A DNA stretch of 64,000 nucleotides from positions 288,001 through 352,000 of the forward strand of contig JAXHMY010000002.1 of the NCBI GenBank assembly GCA_034520965.1. The letters are read 5' to 3'. The position numbers were made by a program, and so were the translations under genes. Every line of letters begins with the position of its first letter. Positions within the stretch are counted from its first letter, which is position 1. The notes under the pieces were generated by a model. The model did no database searches. It had not been told where the DNA came from and saw only the letters and a program-made list of their open reading frames with translations. This stretch comes from Spirochaetia bacterium (lineage in GTDB: Bacteria; Spirochaetota; Spirochaetia; DSM-16054; Sediminispirochaetaceae). This document shows positions 31,463 to 42,964 of the stretch, piece by piece.

Positions 31463-32917
31463 TAGCCGGCCTTTGTGTTCTCGAGTTTGTTTGTATTCTT
31501 GTGATGAGGATACCAGATGTGATTGGCCTTATGAACAGCCCGCCTTTTTGAAATAAGTAAGAAAGCGACAGCGACAAACAACAGATAAGCAGCGCTGACT
31601 GCAACTGCAATCCAAAACAGTTGAGGGTTATTATTTGTTACGCTATACGCCGGCAGATTGATACTGAGTATAAACGGTATTGCCAGGAGAAAAGTAATTC
31701 CTGTAGAAAACATATAATCCGAGGCGGCGGGAGTCTCAAAGTTCGGGTCTACAACCCGCAGAAGGGCCAGTCCTGTCGGCAGAGTTCCGGTTGACACGCC
31801 GTATACCAACAGCATTCGGTAAAACTGATGATCCGTATAAATCCGAGAACAGAACCACGGGACAATTAACAGGGCTAAAGATCCTGCTATAGTACTGAGT
31901 ATGAGTATCTGAATAAGATATTGCCCAACTATTACCAGGGATATTCCTCCGACTGCAGCGGCCACCATTACATCGACTGATAATCCTGAAAACCTGCTAA
32001 GGGTGTGATTGTCAAAGGTATAATCTATATCGAGCTTGCTTGCCGCAAAGCGAACCAGCATGGCTACAACGGCGGAGAAGACAAAGTTGATGCCCCACAA
32101 GTTCACTGCTAATTCGTATCCCAAAGGACCGATCAAGCCGAGCAGAGCGGTGAGTCCTTTTAGCAGCAAATAACTAAGAAGGTCAGGTGAAGAATATCAG
32201 TCCCAAATGAAAGGTCATCGAGTCGATTGCTTCGGTTTCGGTGCTGAGCCGGCTTCCCACAGGCTTCTCTTCATGCTTCTGGTATAAGCCTGTCCGCACC
32301 CCCCGGCTGCGAAGAATTTCAATTTGATCACGCTTCACCCAGCCGCGCCGAATGCCGTAGTTTATCAGAAATACGCCCCCAAAACAGGCCCATAAAAAAC
32401 CTACCGCCGCAAAGGTAAGGCCAACCGTTCCGGCACCGGCAAAGCCCATGGGTTCCCAACCGTTCCCAATTGCAAAGGCCTGCCCCGGCCCCAGAACGAA
32501 ACCGAGGGGCAACAGAAAGCCAAAGGAAGGAAAGAGGTTGGGAAATAGGGTCGACATAAACAAAAAGGTTATCAGCAGACCCAGCAGCGCCTGCAGAGCG
32601 TATTGGGAAAGAACCGCTACCGAGGTGGCAAAAATTGCAGGATTGCCCTGTGCTTCTCTTGGGGGTGGCTTTCGCAGAGTCATGGCAATAAACGAAACAT
32701 TCAACAAATGGTAGACCATCTCACCAAAGCGAACCGTTGTCAACTGCAGTGTGGAAAACACAAAGTTGTACATGATCAGCAGAATAAAACCTGCTGTCAG
32801 GGCGTTGGGAATTAAATATTTTTGGAAAAAAGGTACCCTAGACCGAATGAAGGTCGACAGCAACAATGCTATGGAGATAATACCAAAATCAAGAATCAAG
32901 CCCCAAGAAAAGTCCAT
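31462..32917 (-). CDS. Sodium:glutamate symporter (GltS-like), frameshift near 32180
   Basis: FQKYLIPNAL, GFVLGPGQA, YGVSTGTLPTGLALLRVVDP. Confidence 0.8.
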
Positions 32918-32974
32918 ACGCACCTCCACTCGGAAGTACTGTAATACATCTTATCGGATAATGCAACCTGCTTC

Positions 32975-33090
32975 TATCATCGGCCTCCTTTAGCTGAACA
33001 GCCTCTTTCTCTTCTCCTAGGGCCTCCATATCGAGCAAAATAATTACCTGGGAATCTATCTTCCCGAGGCCCGACACATACATTTTTTTG
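32975..33090 (-). pseudogene. CheW-like C-terminal fragment
   Basis: YVSGLGKIDSQVIILLDMEAL resembles the CheW C-terminus; no N-terminal part is present. Confidence 0.45.
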
Positions 33091-33212
33091 GCCTCCCTGT
33101 TCTGGGAAAATGTCAAACTCGAAATATATAGTATAGTGGTTCTGTTCAACTCATAAGAAAATACTTTGACTGAACATGAGAACAAGTTGTATGTTAAAGA
33201 TAGGAGGATGAT

Positions 33213-33563
33213 ATGGCTGGTCATGAAATTGAATCTTATTCCTTTGGAAAAATGAAGGTCGACGGCCGGGAATATACACAGGACCTCATTTTGTACCCAG
33301 AAACGATTGAATCTTCATGGTACCGAAAGGAAGGCCATACTCTATCGATTGACGACATCCCCCGAATTATTGAGCAGAAACCGGATGTGCTGGTGGTCGG
33401 CACCGGTACCTCGGAAATGCTGCATATACCGGAGGCCACTACTCAAAAACTATTAGAACTCGGCATAGAAATTGTAGCCGCGCCTACCGTCCGAGCAATA
33501 AAATATTACAATCGATTAAAAACTAAAAAGCACACCATTGGGGCCTTTCACCTTACCTGTTGA
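33213..33563 (+). CDS. Mth938-like (DUF498) protein
   Basis: IESYSFG, GH.L, LVVGTG, terminal GAFHLTC. Confidence 0.85.
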   Translation: MAGHEIESYSFGKMKVDGREYTQDLILYPETIESSWYRKEGHTLSIDDIPRIIEQKPDVLVVGTGTSEMLHIPEATTQKLLELGIEIVAAPTVRAIKYYNRLKTKKHTIGAFHLTC

Positions 33564-34962
33564 TTTTCCCCATTGCATTGAACTGCTGTTCGACATGCTT
33601 CACAATTAAACTCCGAATAGTTCGTTCTGAATTGGGTTGCTTACGTGTGCGTAAATCCGATAAAGACAGGGGGTCTCCCACTTGCAGGCTCACCTGACAC
33701 GAGCGCGGTTGCCTGCGTTGTCCAATTGTACCTCCCTGCATTCGGTTTGCCCCATCCAACAAGTTCAACAGATATTCAATATGGCGGTTCGTATCCTGAC
33801 TGTTCAGAGCATACTCGGGGTGCAAATAAGCCAATAGATCAACCACTTCCAAATGGCGGGCATACAATTCGGATTCAACGGCGAGATACTCATTCAAAGA
33901 GGCATCCAGAGGTGACTCTTGTGAATCAGCCGCCTCCCCCTGCACAAAAATTCGGTTCCAACCTGCCAGCCGCACAATGTATATCCGTGGAGTAAAACCC
34001 TTCGGGTGGTGCTGAATGCCGTAATGCCGTTCCTGCATACGCAGCAGTGCCTCTACTAAGCCCTCTACCCGACGCCGGCTGCACTCCCAGCTTCCGCCCC
34101 CGCCCTTCGCGGCTTCCTCCTTGTGTACCGATATCCCATAATACTGCGTATAAAACTGCTCGATTTTTGAAAATAAAGCTGCCCCCAGACTGGCTAATAC
34201 CGGTTGAACATTGTGCGGCAGGGTGTCGCCGGATAGGATATCCATTCCCGTCTCAGTCTGCAGCTCATGGATCAATGAGAGCAGGACTTTTCTCTTTTCC
34301 TGCTCAGTCTTCCCGTACTGATAGTATTGGGAGATCGGCAGTATCCGGACATCCTGATCAAGGCCTTGCTGCTGAAGATCCTTCTGAGCCCACAGGCATA
34401 GTTGGGCAAATCCCGGCTCAAGCTCATACACAATTTGGTTGTGGTAGGTTACCTGCCCCTCCGGGGCGAGGGCAATGGGGTACTTTCCCTGCAGCATGTA
34501 AGAGCGAACCACATCAAGCCCGTTGCGATCCAGTTTGCGGTGGTGAACAGGGATGCCTCCCAGCCGGGAGAACAGCCACTCCAGATGCTTTCCGCCCCAC
34601 ACCGGCACCCCTCTTCCATATAGAAAGTGGGCATGGGGGCGCTTTACGAGTCGAACTTGTTGGGCACGGGCATAACTTGGAAGCAGATTGTTAAGCGTAT
34701 AAAAGAGTACCTGCGCATCATGTACGTGCACATGGCGAAACACAATTATGAGCTTACTTGAGCCTCCGGCAAACTGCTGATATTCCTGGAGTAGTGTGTC
34801 CATATGCTCAGGGCGGTGAATACGCAGCCCCAATACCAGCTTCACGTACAATGGCCCAAGGCTTCGGGCAAGATGCAACACCAGGGGGTTCAGTCGGGGC
34901 GCTACGAACTTGAGTTTATCTCTTACCCCCTCAAGCTTCACTTTCACACTCATGGCTGTCAC
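33553..34962 (-). CDS. Acyltransferase-family protein
   Basis: FRHVHVHD, PIALAPEG motifs. Confidence 0.7.
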   Translation of the reverse strand: MTAMSVKVKLEGVRDKLKFVAPRLNPLVLHLARSLGPLYVKLVLGLRIHRPEHMDTLLQEYQQFAGGSSKLIIVFRHVHVHDAQVLFYTLNNLLPSYARAQQVRLVKRPHAHFLYGRGVPVWGGKHLEWLFSRLGGIPVHHRKLDRNGLDVVRSYMLQGKYPIALAPEGQVTYHNQIVYELEPGFAQLCLWAQKDLQQQGLDQDVRILPISQYYQYGKTEQEKRKVLLSLIHELQTETGMDILSGDTLPHNVQPVLASLGAALFSKIEQFYTQYYGISVHKEEAAKGGGGSWECSRRRVEGLVEALLRMQERHYGIQHHPKGFTPRIYIVRLAGWNRIFVQGEAADSQESPLDASLNEYLAVESELYARHLEVVDLLAYLHPEYALNSQDTNRHIEYLLNLLDGANRMQGGTIGQRRQPRSCQVSLQVGDPLSLSDLRTRKQPNSERTIRSLIVKHVEQQFNAMGKINR

Positions 34963-35047
34963 TATACATGAATTAAGAGCTTTTGTGAAAGGACCCTGCC
35001 GAAACTGCGCAACTTTGCTTTGCTTAGAAGGTTCGACAGGGCAGGTA

Positions 35048-36234
35048 TTAAGCTTTCAGCTTCCTTAAAAAATACTCCCGTGATGGACGGTCGGATGATA
35101 ATGCTGCAGTTATATGCTTCCATCGCTGGACATATGCAAAATAATTCTCAGCACTACTAGCTCTGGATTTTGCCTCATCAATTATCTCCTGCGGAGTTTG
35201 TGAAAAGTCGGAGTTTTTAGGGTACTTTGATTTTTGCGAAGCGCTTCGGCTGCGTCCGCCTCAAGACGTGGTGAAAAGAATTCTCCCGGGTAAGGCTTAA
35301 AAGTTTTCTCTGAGAGGGTCTGTACATCATCACGCAGACTAGAAAGCTCGATTTTCCGCTTCTCATAGAAGAAGCGAATTACATCTTCACGAAGCTTATT
35401 AGTGGGATTACAGGGCGGTGGATAATGGTAGATAATGAGCTCTTTATCAAGTTGCCAGCGGTATCCGTACATCATCGAATTAATGAGATAATCAATATCT
35501 TCTCCGCGAGTAATAGCTGGATCAAAGGGAACATTCTTAAGGAGCTCGCGGCTAAACACCATGTTGCCGCCTAAGGTGATTGAGGTATCCACCACTCTCC
35601 CCTCTCTCTTATCAAACAGATCGTAAGAATCATTCTGTAATACATGCTTCCGATCGAAAAGATTTACAGCCGCGCGGGCATTTTGAGGTTCCTGCACACG
35701 ATAACTACCCCACTCGTAAAAATAGCGGCCGGCAATCCCATCGATAGGTCGGCCATTTACTTCTTTTCCTATAAACTCAACGGCCTTATCAGCAAAATCC
35801 GGGTCCACCAGCTCATCATCATCAATCGCGGCAACCACTTCGGAGTTCAGCAGCAGCGGTACCAGCAACTGGCAGTTTCTGATGGAAGAGTATCCATCCA
35901 GACTGATATCCCGCTGATTCAGCCCATACAGCTTGAGTCGAGTGCGAATAAACTCCAGATCGTTTGCGGCAAACTGCAGTATCGGATACTGCTCTTTGAA
36001 TGGCTCAATAAGGTCGGCAACTTTCTTCTCTACCGTCTCATCGAGCTCATGATGAACTGTGGCTGTCACTACCACAACTTGAATATCAGCGGTAACCCGT
36101 TTAATGCTTTCCAGGGTTTTGGTAAGGGTATCAATTCCATCCAGCGGGGTAGGATGGTCAAACACCAGATCTTCACGATTTGATGGTGCTCCGATAGGTC
36201 GTGTCCAGTAAGTAGGTATAACAACTGTCAGCAT
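35048..36234 (-). CDS. GT-A fold (GT2-like) protein, frameshift near the 3' end (~35215)
   Basis: VVIPTYW, IDDDE, GGNM, RGEDIDY; continuation EIIDEAKSR...LRKLKA ends at 35048. Confidence 0.7.
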
Positions 36235-38512
36235 TAGAGAGGCTCCTGTTGTGTGTTTTTTTCTAGTATAAGATAGCTTTTCAGCTGCCGGGCTACTCCG
36301 GCGGGATTGCTAAGTGATGGGGCGGTGAGGCCGAGGGCTTCGCACTCCCCCTGGTGTGAGGTTGTAATGGAGGCTGAAGCGCCTCCGTCAAAGTTAATTA
36401 AAAATTCAAAGGTATCCGACTCTCCTAATGAAATACTGTGCAATTCGGACGGCCTCCGTAAAAGTAGCCCCCTTCGATGAACGTGTTCTACCTGCAAGAC
36501 TTATTAATAACACTTTTCCGGATACAGCTTTGCCCAGCATTGAGCGAGGTTGTGGAACGAACGGATCCAACTGGGTTTCCTGAGTTTCGGATGATTGAAT
36601 CCCATTCCACCCCTCACGTTCTAAAGACGCGACTCCCTGCTGAGGACTTGGATAGAAATTTTTACCCTTATCTACTAGTAGATTGAATCCGCCAACCAGC
36701 CACTCAAGATTCTCTTTCGGCAGCGGTAGTCCATCCAACAAGACATTCCAACGGAAGGAAGTCTTGTATAGAGAAAGATTCTCCTCTAAAACGACCACCG
36801 ATCCGAGAGGCGGAATACGGCAGGGGCCGGGTTGCAGACAGACCAGTTGGTCCTGTACCAGCACCAGGCAATGAAAGCCTCTACCGACCCAGAGTTCATG
36901 ATAAGAAGGCAGATAGAGCCCGGGACCTCCGTCTTGAGGGTTAATCTGTGCTGATGAAAAATCTAACTTATGATCCCACGTTCCATCCAAAGCAGTGATG
37001 GTTAGAGAAGCCTGTCGAAGCGGGTAGTAGCCGGCACACAGTTCTCCGCCGGTTCCGGCTCCAAGCATGGCTTTTTGATACAAGGGAATGGTTTCGTGCC
37101 ACTGTCCCGACCGGTTCATACCGATATAATCTATCAGGAGGTCCATATAGGGTATCTGCTGTGCAGAAGGAACCTGTTGGTTGTAAAGGGATCTCAAGTT
37201 CTCGGTAAAGTAATAGTTAAACGAGGTGTAGAGGGCATCTCCCTTGCCTCCATCCGGACAAATAGAGGCTCGCTGGGTAAGAAGCGCCGGCCTAAACTTC
37301 ACAGACTTCTCCTGCGCAGCAACGGCACTAACTTAAAATGGCCCCATCGGCACCAGCGACTGAGGGCTGTACCATTCCTTCATTAAGTGAAACATAGCTA
37401 TTCACCACTTGATGCCAGCCTATATCCTGCAGTTGTTTCTGTTGCCGCTGAAGTCTATCAGAAAGGTTTTCCACAGGATCACCCTTCAGAAACCGGTAAA
37501 GCGAAAGTGAATTATACTGCACCCCCGACACATCAACCTGAGAAGGAAATGGATGTTCCTGAAAAGCGGCAACTGTGTGCCCGCTCTTCGGCTCTGTCGG
37601 CTGCAGCATTTCTTTATATGATGATTCATACAGGGGAGAGGCCTGAGTAGGTACAGCGGTGTCATAGGCGGATTGAAATAAGCCGCGAGAGAACCACTCG
37701 CTATTATCAATAAAGAAACAGAACCCTCCTACACAACGGAACACCTGCAGGTAGATCCAAATGTTACTTATACATATTAGCTGATCCGCACCTTTCTCTA
37801 CTAAGTCATTGATATCGTTTTCTTCAAGAACAAAGGGAAGCGCTTCTGTAATATAAATCTCTCTGCTGCCCCAAGACCGGGCTGAGAGGAATTGCTCGAC
37901 CTGTTTTGCGGTAACTCCTACCTCTGTATCATCTATAGTGCAGGCAATTTCGATTTCTGCTGCAGACTGCTGTAAAAGCATATATAGTTCGCCCGCGAAA
38001 CGATGGGACGAGCCGGGTATGAACAGAATTCGATTCGCCCTCTGTAAAGCCTCTGTAAAACCGGGCATTACACACACTGTGTTTCCAGGATACAGAGCCT
38101 GTAGTTTACTTTGTATGGAGCTGTGCCCGTTGTTCAATCGGTCTTTTTGAACATATCCTTCAGCAGCTTGCGTTGTATTGAAACTGTGGAAAGGGGGCTC
38201 CGGAACCCCCTTTCCTAACGCGGTTTTTCTAAGCCGCCGTAAATCGCGCAGAATTCGAGCCGGCGTGAATGTATCGATATCCGGGCTGCGCAAAAAAAAG
38301 TCCAGTAGCTGCCGACGATACTCTTCCACTATGGTTGGTTCGTTTATCCCTACCCTTCTGTCCACAGAGCGGTCAATACACCGATCAATTACGATCGACT
38401 TTTTAGGGAGCTGATCAAAAACGAGATAAAACTCTTCAGCCACAAACCTGTGGTACCAGCGGGTTCCCTTTAGCTCTCCGAATCGGAAAGGCCCGCCCCG
38501 GAGGGAGCTCAT
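36234..38512 (-). CDS. Large protein with a C-terminal phosphodiester-glycosidase (NAGPA-like) domain, probably one gene with two frameshifts
   Basis: QPRSMLG...AGRT..SKGATF.E then INFDGGAS in the following frame; pieces are contiguous. Confidence 0.55.
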
Positions 38513-39330
38513 TCTTTCAGTCCTCCAGACATAATCCCACCGATAATTTGCCGTTGAAGGAACATCACTACAGCAATTAAAGGAACGATAATCACCACCG
38601 AGGCTGCCATCAATGGCCCCCAGGGAATATAGTTGTCCGCCTCATAGAGCTTCAGACCTACAGTGACCGTTTTTACCCGAATAGGGTTCATTACCAATGC
38701 AAACAGGTACTCGTTCCAGGCTTGTATAAAGGCGAGGATACCTACTGTGAACACCCCCGGAGCTACAATCGGCATAATGATGGTAGTGTAGCATTGAAAG
38801 GGTGACGCGCCGTCGATAGATGCTGAATCTTCAAGTTCGGTAGGAACTGAATTAAAATAGGGAGTTAAAAACCAAACCGATAGGGTAAGGCAGAATAGCA
38901 TATTGACTATTATCAATCCGCCGTGACTATTAAGCAGGCTCAGAGCGCGCATGATGTTATAGATTGGGCTTATGATTACAATAGGCGGAAGCAGTGAAAT
39001 GGACAGAATCAGCAACAGCAAGGGCTTTTTACCCCGGATGTTAGTGCGGGCAATGGCGTAGGCCGTCATGCTACCGAACAGCAGGGCTAACAAGGTTGCA
39101 AACCCGGCAATTATCAGACTGTTCATAAGAAATGAGAACAGAGGCTGCCGGCTGAAAGCTGCCGCATAATTTGCCCATGTTGGTACTTCGGGCAGCCATT
39201 TAATGTCGAAAATTTCTCTTTCCGGTTTAAATGAGTTCGAAAGCTGCCAGAAAAACGGGAACCCTATCAGAACTATAAAAAACGTCAAAAAAGCATAAAA
39301 TATTACTCGATCAATTTTTCTTTCAATCAT
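38509..39330 (-). CDS. Carbohydrate ABC transporter permease (MalG-like)
   Basis: ELEDSASIDGA EAA loop, AWNEYLFA. Confidence 0.92.
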   Translation of the reverse strand: MIERKIDRVIFYAFLTFFIVLIGFPFFWQLSNSFKPEREIFDIKWLPEVPTWANYAAAFSRQPLFSFLMNSLIIAGFATLLALLFGSMTAYAIARTNIRGKKPLLLLILSISLLPPIVIISPIYNIMRALSLLNSHGGLIIVNMLFCLTLSVWFLTPYFNSVPTELEDSASIDGASPFQCYTTIIMPIVAPGVFTVGILAFIQAWNEYLFALVMNPIRVKTVTVGLKLYEADNYIPWGPLMAASVVIIVPLIAVVMFLQRQIIGGIMSGGLKE

Positions 39331-39351
39331 TGGTATCTTTCCCGCTAAGTG

Positions 39352-40218
39352 TTAATCTTGCTTTGAATTACCGGCAGAAACATAAGTGCAATGAGAACCG
39401 TTCGAAGAAAAGGTCACTGTTGCCAGAGCGGAACCGTATCCGTAGTTACCGGCGTCGAAATACGTCCGAAGGGTGTACAAAGTAAGCGACTCTGTGCTGT
39501 TCGCCGGTCCACCATTGGTTAGAGCTACAATAATGGTATAGACCTTGAAGGATTGAATTAGTCGGAACAGAGTGGCCGTGGCAAGTATAGGTATCAAAGC
39601 CGGAAAAATAATGGAAAAATAGCGCTGAACAGCATTAGCTCCATCAATTGAAGCCGCCTCTAACTGACTACGCTGTATATTCTGAAGACCGGCCAAAACT
39701 AAAAGAGATATATAGGGCGATGTCTTCCATATGTCGGCCGTCACTAAGACAGCGGTAGCAGTAGCAGGCTGACTCAACCACGGGATAAAGGAATCGATTA
39801 TACCCACGGATTCAAAAATGTGGTTTAGAATACCGTATTGATCATTTACCATAAAACGCCATATAAACCCGCTGACAATTGTGGGAATGGCCCAAGGAAT
39901 CAAAACCACCAAGCGTAAAAATGACCGCCCCTTATAGTTCATATTCATAAACTGGGCAAACAGTAATCCAAGTCCAACCTCAGTGGTAACGGTCAGTATG
40001 GTAAACAGAATGGTGAACCGCAGGGATGCATAGAAGCGGGGGGTCGAAAAAAGTTTATAGTAGTTACTAAACCCGATAAAGCTTTTCGCCTCTCCGAATT
40101 GGAGCCGGTATTCAAAAAAGCTTAAACCGATCGTTTTTAATACGGGATACACAGCCAGTAAAGCAAAAATCAATAAGGTTGGAGTAATGAATAAATAGCC
40201 CATTTGCTTTCGTGTCAT
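39352..40218 (-). CDS. Carbohydrate ABC transporter permease (MalF-like), probable 3' frameshift
   Basis: IPWAIP, EAASIDGA, TNGGPANST. Confidence 0.92.
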   Translation of the reverse strand: MTRKQMGYLFITPTLLIFALLAVYPVLKTIGLSFFEYRLQFGEAKSFIGFSNYYKLFSTPRFYASLRFTILFTILTVTTEVGLGLLFAQFMNMNYKGRSFLRLVVLIPWAIPTIVSGFIWRFMVNDQYGILNHIFESVGIIDSFIPWLSQPATATAVLVTADIWKTSPYISLLVLAGLQNIQRSQLEAASIDGANAVQRYFSIIFPALIPILATATLFRLIQSFKVYTIIVALTNGGPANSTESLTLYTLRTYFDAGNYGYGSALATVTFSSNGSHCTYVSAGNSKQD

Positions 40219-40237
40219 AAATACCTCAATCCATTAC

Positions 40238-40263
40238 TCGGGCCGCCCTTACAGGCGGCCCGA
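40238..40263 (-). terminator. Stem-loop between the binding-protein and permease genes
   Basis: TCGGGCCGCC-loop-GGCGGCCCGA. Confidence 0.6.
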
Positions 40264-40282
40264 AAGTAGATGAGTAGAATTA

Positions 40283-41563
40283 TTATTCTCCGACCTTCTC
40301 GAGCGCAACCTGTGCATCCTCGAGAGCCTGATCGACACTTTTTGAACCATTCAGTGCTTTCTGAACTTCAACCTGAATGATGGAAGAAGTTTCCGCGTAG
40401 AAAGGAGTTTTGGGTCGCGGAACGGCGTTTGCCAGAATATCTTCGATCATTCCAAAGAAAGGATTGGCTGCCAGAATTTCTTCGTCGGAATAGAGTGCTG
40501 CGCGGGCGGGAAGATAAGAGTCGTTAAGTGCGTGAAGCTTCATTGCATACTCACTGGCGTAAAACTTCATAAACTTCAGTGCTTCAGCCTTGTGGGTGGA
40601 GTTTTTTGAAACAAAGAGCTGCCAGCCGCCAAGGGTGCTGTGACCCATTTCACCGCTTTTTCCGCGAGGAAGTTCTGAAACCCCTAATTTACCTGCCACA
40701 TTAGAGCTCTCGTCATTCATGGAGAGGGCGTAGGCTTTAGGCCAGGCTCGCATAAAGACCTGGTTACCTTGAAACATCAGATGCCCGTACATCACCGCTT
40801 CCGTAAGAGAGAATCCCTCGGGATACAGGTCAAGTTCGACCATTTCGCGGATAAGTGCAAGGATCTCTTTATTTTCCGGAGTATTGATTTTAATATTGCC
40901 ACTATCGTCAATTACGGTACCGCCATTCGAATAGAACCATTCAACTGCGTTACAGGTGAGCCCTTCATACTGTTTCATAGATCCGGCCATACCGTACATC
41001 TCATTTCCAGCTTCCCGTTCAGCGGTAACAATCTCAAGAGAGGTATTTTTAAGCTCTTCCCAGGTTTCGGGTACTTCTTTGTTGTACTCATTCAAGAGGT
41101 CCTTCCGGTAATACAGAACACCGGCATCGGTTCTGAAAGGAATACCCCATACTTTTCCATTATAGGAGGCCGCATCAATTGTACTCGGCAAAAAAGCGGA
41201 GCGTTCGGAGGCGGGAAAATCTTTTTCAACATCATCAATCAGACCGGAGGATGCAAACAAGGGGGTCCAGGTTACATCAGCGTTAAAAAAGTCGATAGAA
41301 TCATCGCCGCTGCGCAGTGCAATTAGCAGGGCCTGCAATTTATCGCTGGTATTTTCCGGAAGTTCGATAAGATTAATACTGATATTCGGGTTCTCTTCCT
41401 GAAAAGCTTCGATGATTTGTTCCTGTGTACTATTGAAAGTGGATGCATGGGCGTACCAATTCAGTTCGACAGGTCCATCGGCTTCCTGCTCTCCTCCGGC
41501 AAAAATTGTAAAGGGAAGGATCAGAAACAAGACGAGGATTGTAGAAAAATAGTGTTTTTTCAT
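40283..41563 (-). CDS. Sugar ABC transporter substrate-binding protein (trehalose/maltose-like)
   Basis: Signal peptide, DAGVLYYRKDLL, QYEGLTCN, FMRAWP, TLGGWQL. Confidence 0.9.
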   Translation of the reverse strand: MKKHYFSTILVLFLILPFTIFAGGEQEADGPVELNWYAHASTFNSTQEQIIEAFQEENPNISINLIELPENTSDKLQALLIALRSGDDSIDFFNADVTWTPLFASSGLIDDVEKDFPASERSAFLPSTIDAASYNGKVWGIPFRTDAGVLYYRKDLLNEYNKEVPETWEELKNTSLEIVTAEREAGNEMYGMAGSMKQYEGLTCNAVEWFYSNGGTVIDDSGNIKINTPENKEILALIREMVELDLYPEGFSLTEAVMYGHLMFQGNQVFMRAWPKAYALSMNDESSNVAGKLGVSELPRGKSGEMGHSTLGGWQLFVSKNSTHKAEALKFMKFYASEYAMKLHALNDSYLPARAALYSDEEILAANPFFGMIEDILANAVPRPKTPFYAETSSIIQVEVQKALNGSKSVDQALEDAQVALEKVGE

Positions 41564-41692
41564 ACATGGACTCCTTTTAATAAAATTATGCAGTTTACTG
41601 CGTATTTGATATGTTAAACGCAAATTATTACGTTGTCAATCTAATTTACGCAAGTTATTGATTATCTAACACAAATATATTATGATGACTGT

Positions 41693-42919
41693 ATGACGAA
41701 TAATGGTATACATATCGCAAACAGCATTAGAGAACAGCGTATCAAGGCAAAATTATCCCAAACGGCGGTGGCCCAAGCCCTCGACACTCCTCTACGCACC
41801 TACCAGGGCTGGGAAAAGGAGTTTACCTCTTCTATACAAAATCTGCTGAAAATTTGTTCATTCTTTGATGTGCCGATAGAAACCTTTGTTGCCCCTTCCT
41901 ATCGCACCACCGATTCGCAGGAAGACAGTGCTGCTCAATGCAATCCACTACCGGGCTTCAAGATTAAGATATTCCGCATGGCCATGGAGGGGGCTGAAAA
42001 TGAAGAGATTTTTACCTGGTTCAGTAAAATCTATCCCGAAAAAGCCGCAGCTATTACCGACAGAGACCAATTTATAGAAAACTGCTTTCTTGATATATAC
42101 CATTGCAAACCGGAGTTGTTGCAAAATTACCATTTTCACCGTGAAAAGGAAAAGGAACATGCGATAGCTAAGCGGTTTTCCTTGCCGCCGGAGCAAATCA
42201 TTGTGGTGCACTCCGGCCATATTGCCCACGAGGTAATACGCGAGATGATTATAGCTCCATTTGGAGCTCAATGGATCGTAAAGTGGACTACAGAGAAGCC
42301 CGGCCTACGGATCGGTATCTCTAACGGCTTTACCATTGCAAGGATCCTGGATGGAGTGCAGCGCGGCTGTATTGAAAACATGGTCCTCTTCCCTCTCAAC
42401 TTTACCAGTACCCAGGTCGATTTTCCTATTTCCTCTACCGCATTAATCTCCTCATTTCTCTACCGATTTGCCGGTTATGGAGTTACCACCGATACAGTGA
42501 ACGAAGAGCAGGTATACAGCTCGATGCTGCTGGCCGACGCAGCTTTTCTGGGCATTGGTACTTTTTCCACCGAGGGACTCTACGAACGAATGATCCGTTC
42601 GGTATTAGGCCATTCGGTTGTGGCGGATATGCGCACGCAAGGAGTTATCGGAGACTTTAACTATCATCTGTTTGATGCTTCCGGTAATGAGGTGGTTTTT
42701 CCCGAAGTGGTTGCCGATGTAGGTAATTTTGACCAAAAAGCCTTAGTAAAGTCAATCGGACTGGAACAGTTAAAGCAGAAGGCCGACCGCGGGGGGCGGA
42801 TCGTCATTGCCGGTACAGGCGAACACAAAACAGACTCAATTGCTGTTGCATTGAAAAACGGCTACGCCAACCACCTTATTACCGACGAGTCGATTGCCGA
42901 CCAGCTGTTGCGTACATAA
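41693..42919 (+). CDS. Regulator: XRE-type HTH plus a SorC/DeoR-type sugar-binding domain
   Basis: REQRIKAKLSQTAVA..TYQGWE HTH; GIGTF, GVIGD, IAG.G.HK..SI..AL......LITDE C-terminus. Confidence 0.75.
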   Translation: MTNNGIHIANSIREQRIKAKLSQTAVAQALDTPLRTYQGWEKEFTSSIQNLLKICSFFDVPIETFVAPSYRTTDSQEDSAAQCNPLPGFKIKIFRMAMEGAENEEIFTWFSKIYPEKAAAITDRDQFIENCFLDIYHCKPELLQNYHFHREKEKEHAIAKRFSLPPEQIIVVHSGHIAHEVIREMIIAPFGAQWIVKWTTEKPGLRIGISNGFTIARILDGVQRGCIENMVLFPLNFTSTQVDFPISSTALISSFLYRFAGYGVTTDTVNEEQVYSSMLLADAAFLGIGTFSTEGLYERMIRSVLGHSVVADMRTQGVIGDFNYHLFDASGNEVVFPEVVADVGNFDQKALVKSIGLEQLKQKADRGGRIVIAGTGEHKTDSIAVALKNGYANHLITDESIADQLLRT

Positions 42920-42964
42920 AGCGTTCATTCCTTTTTAAGCTGCTTTGATTTATAATACGAATAT

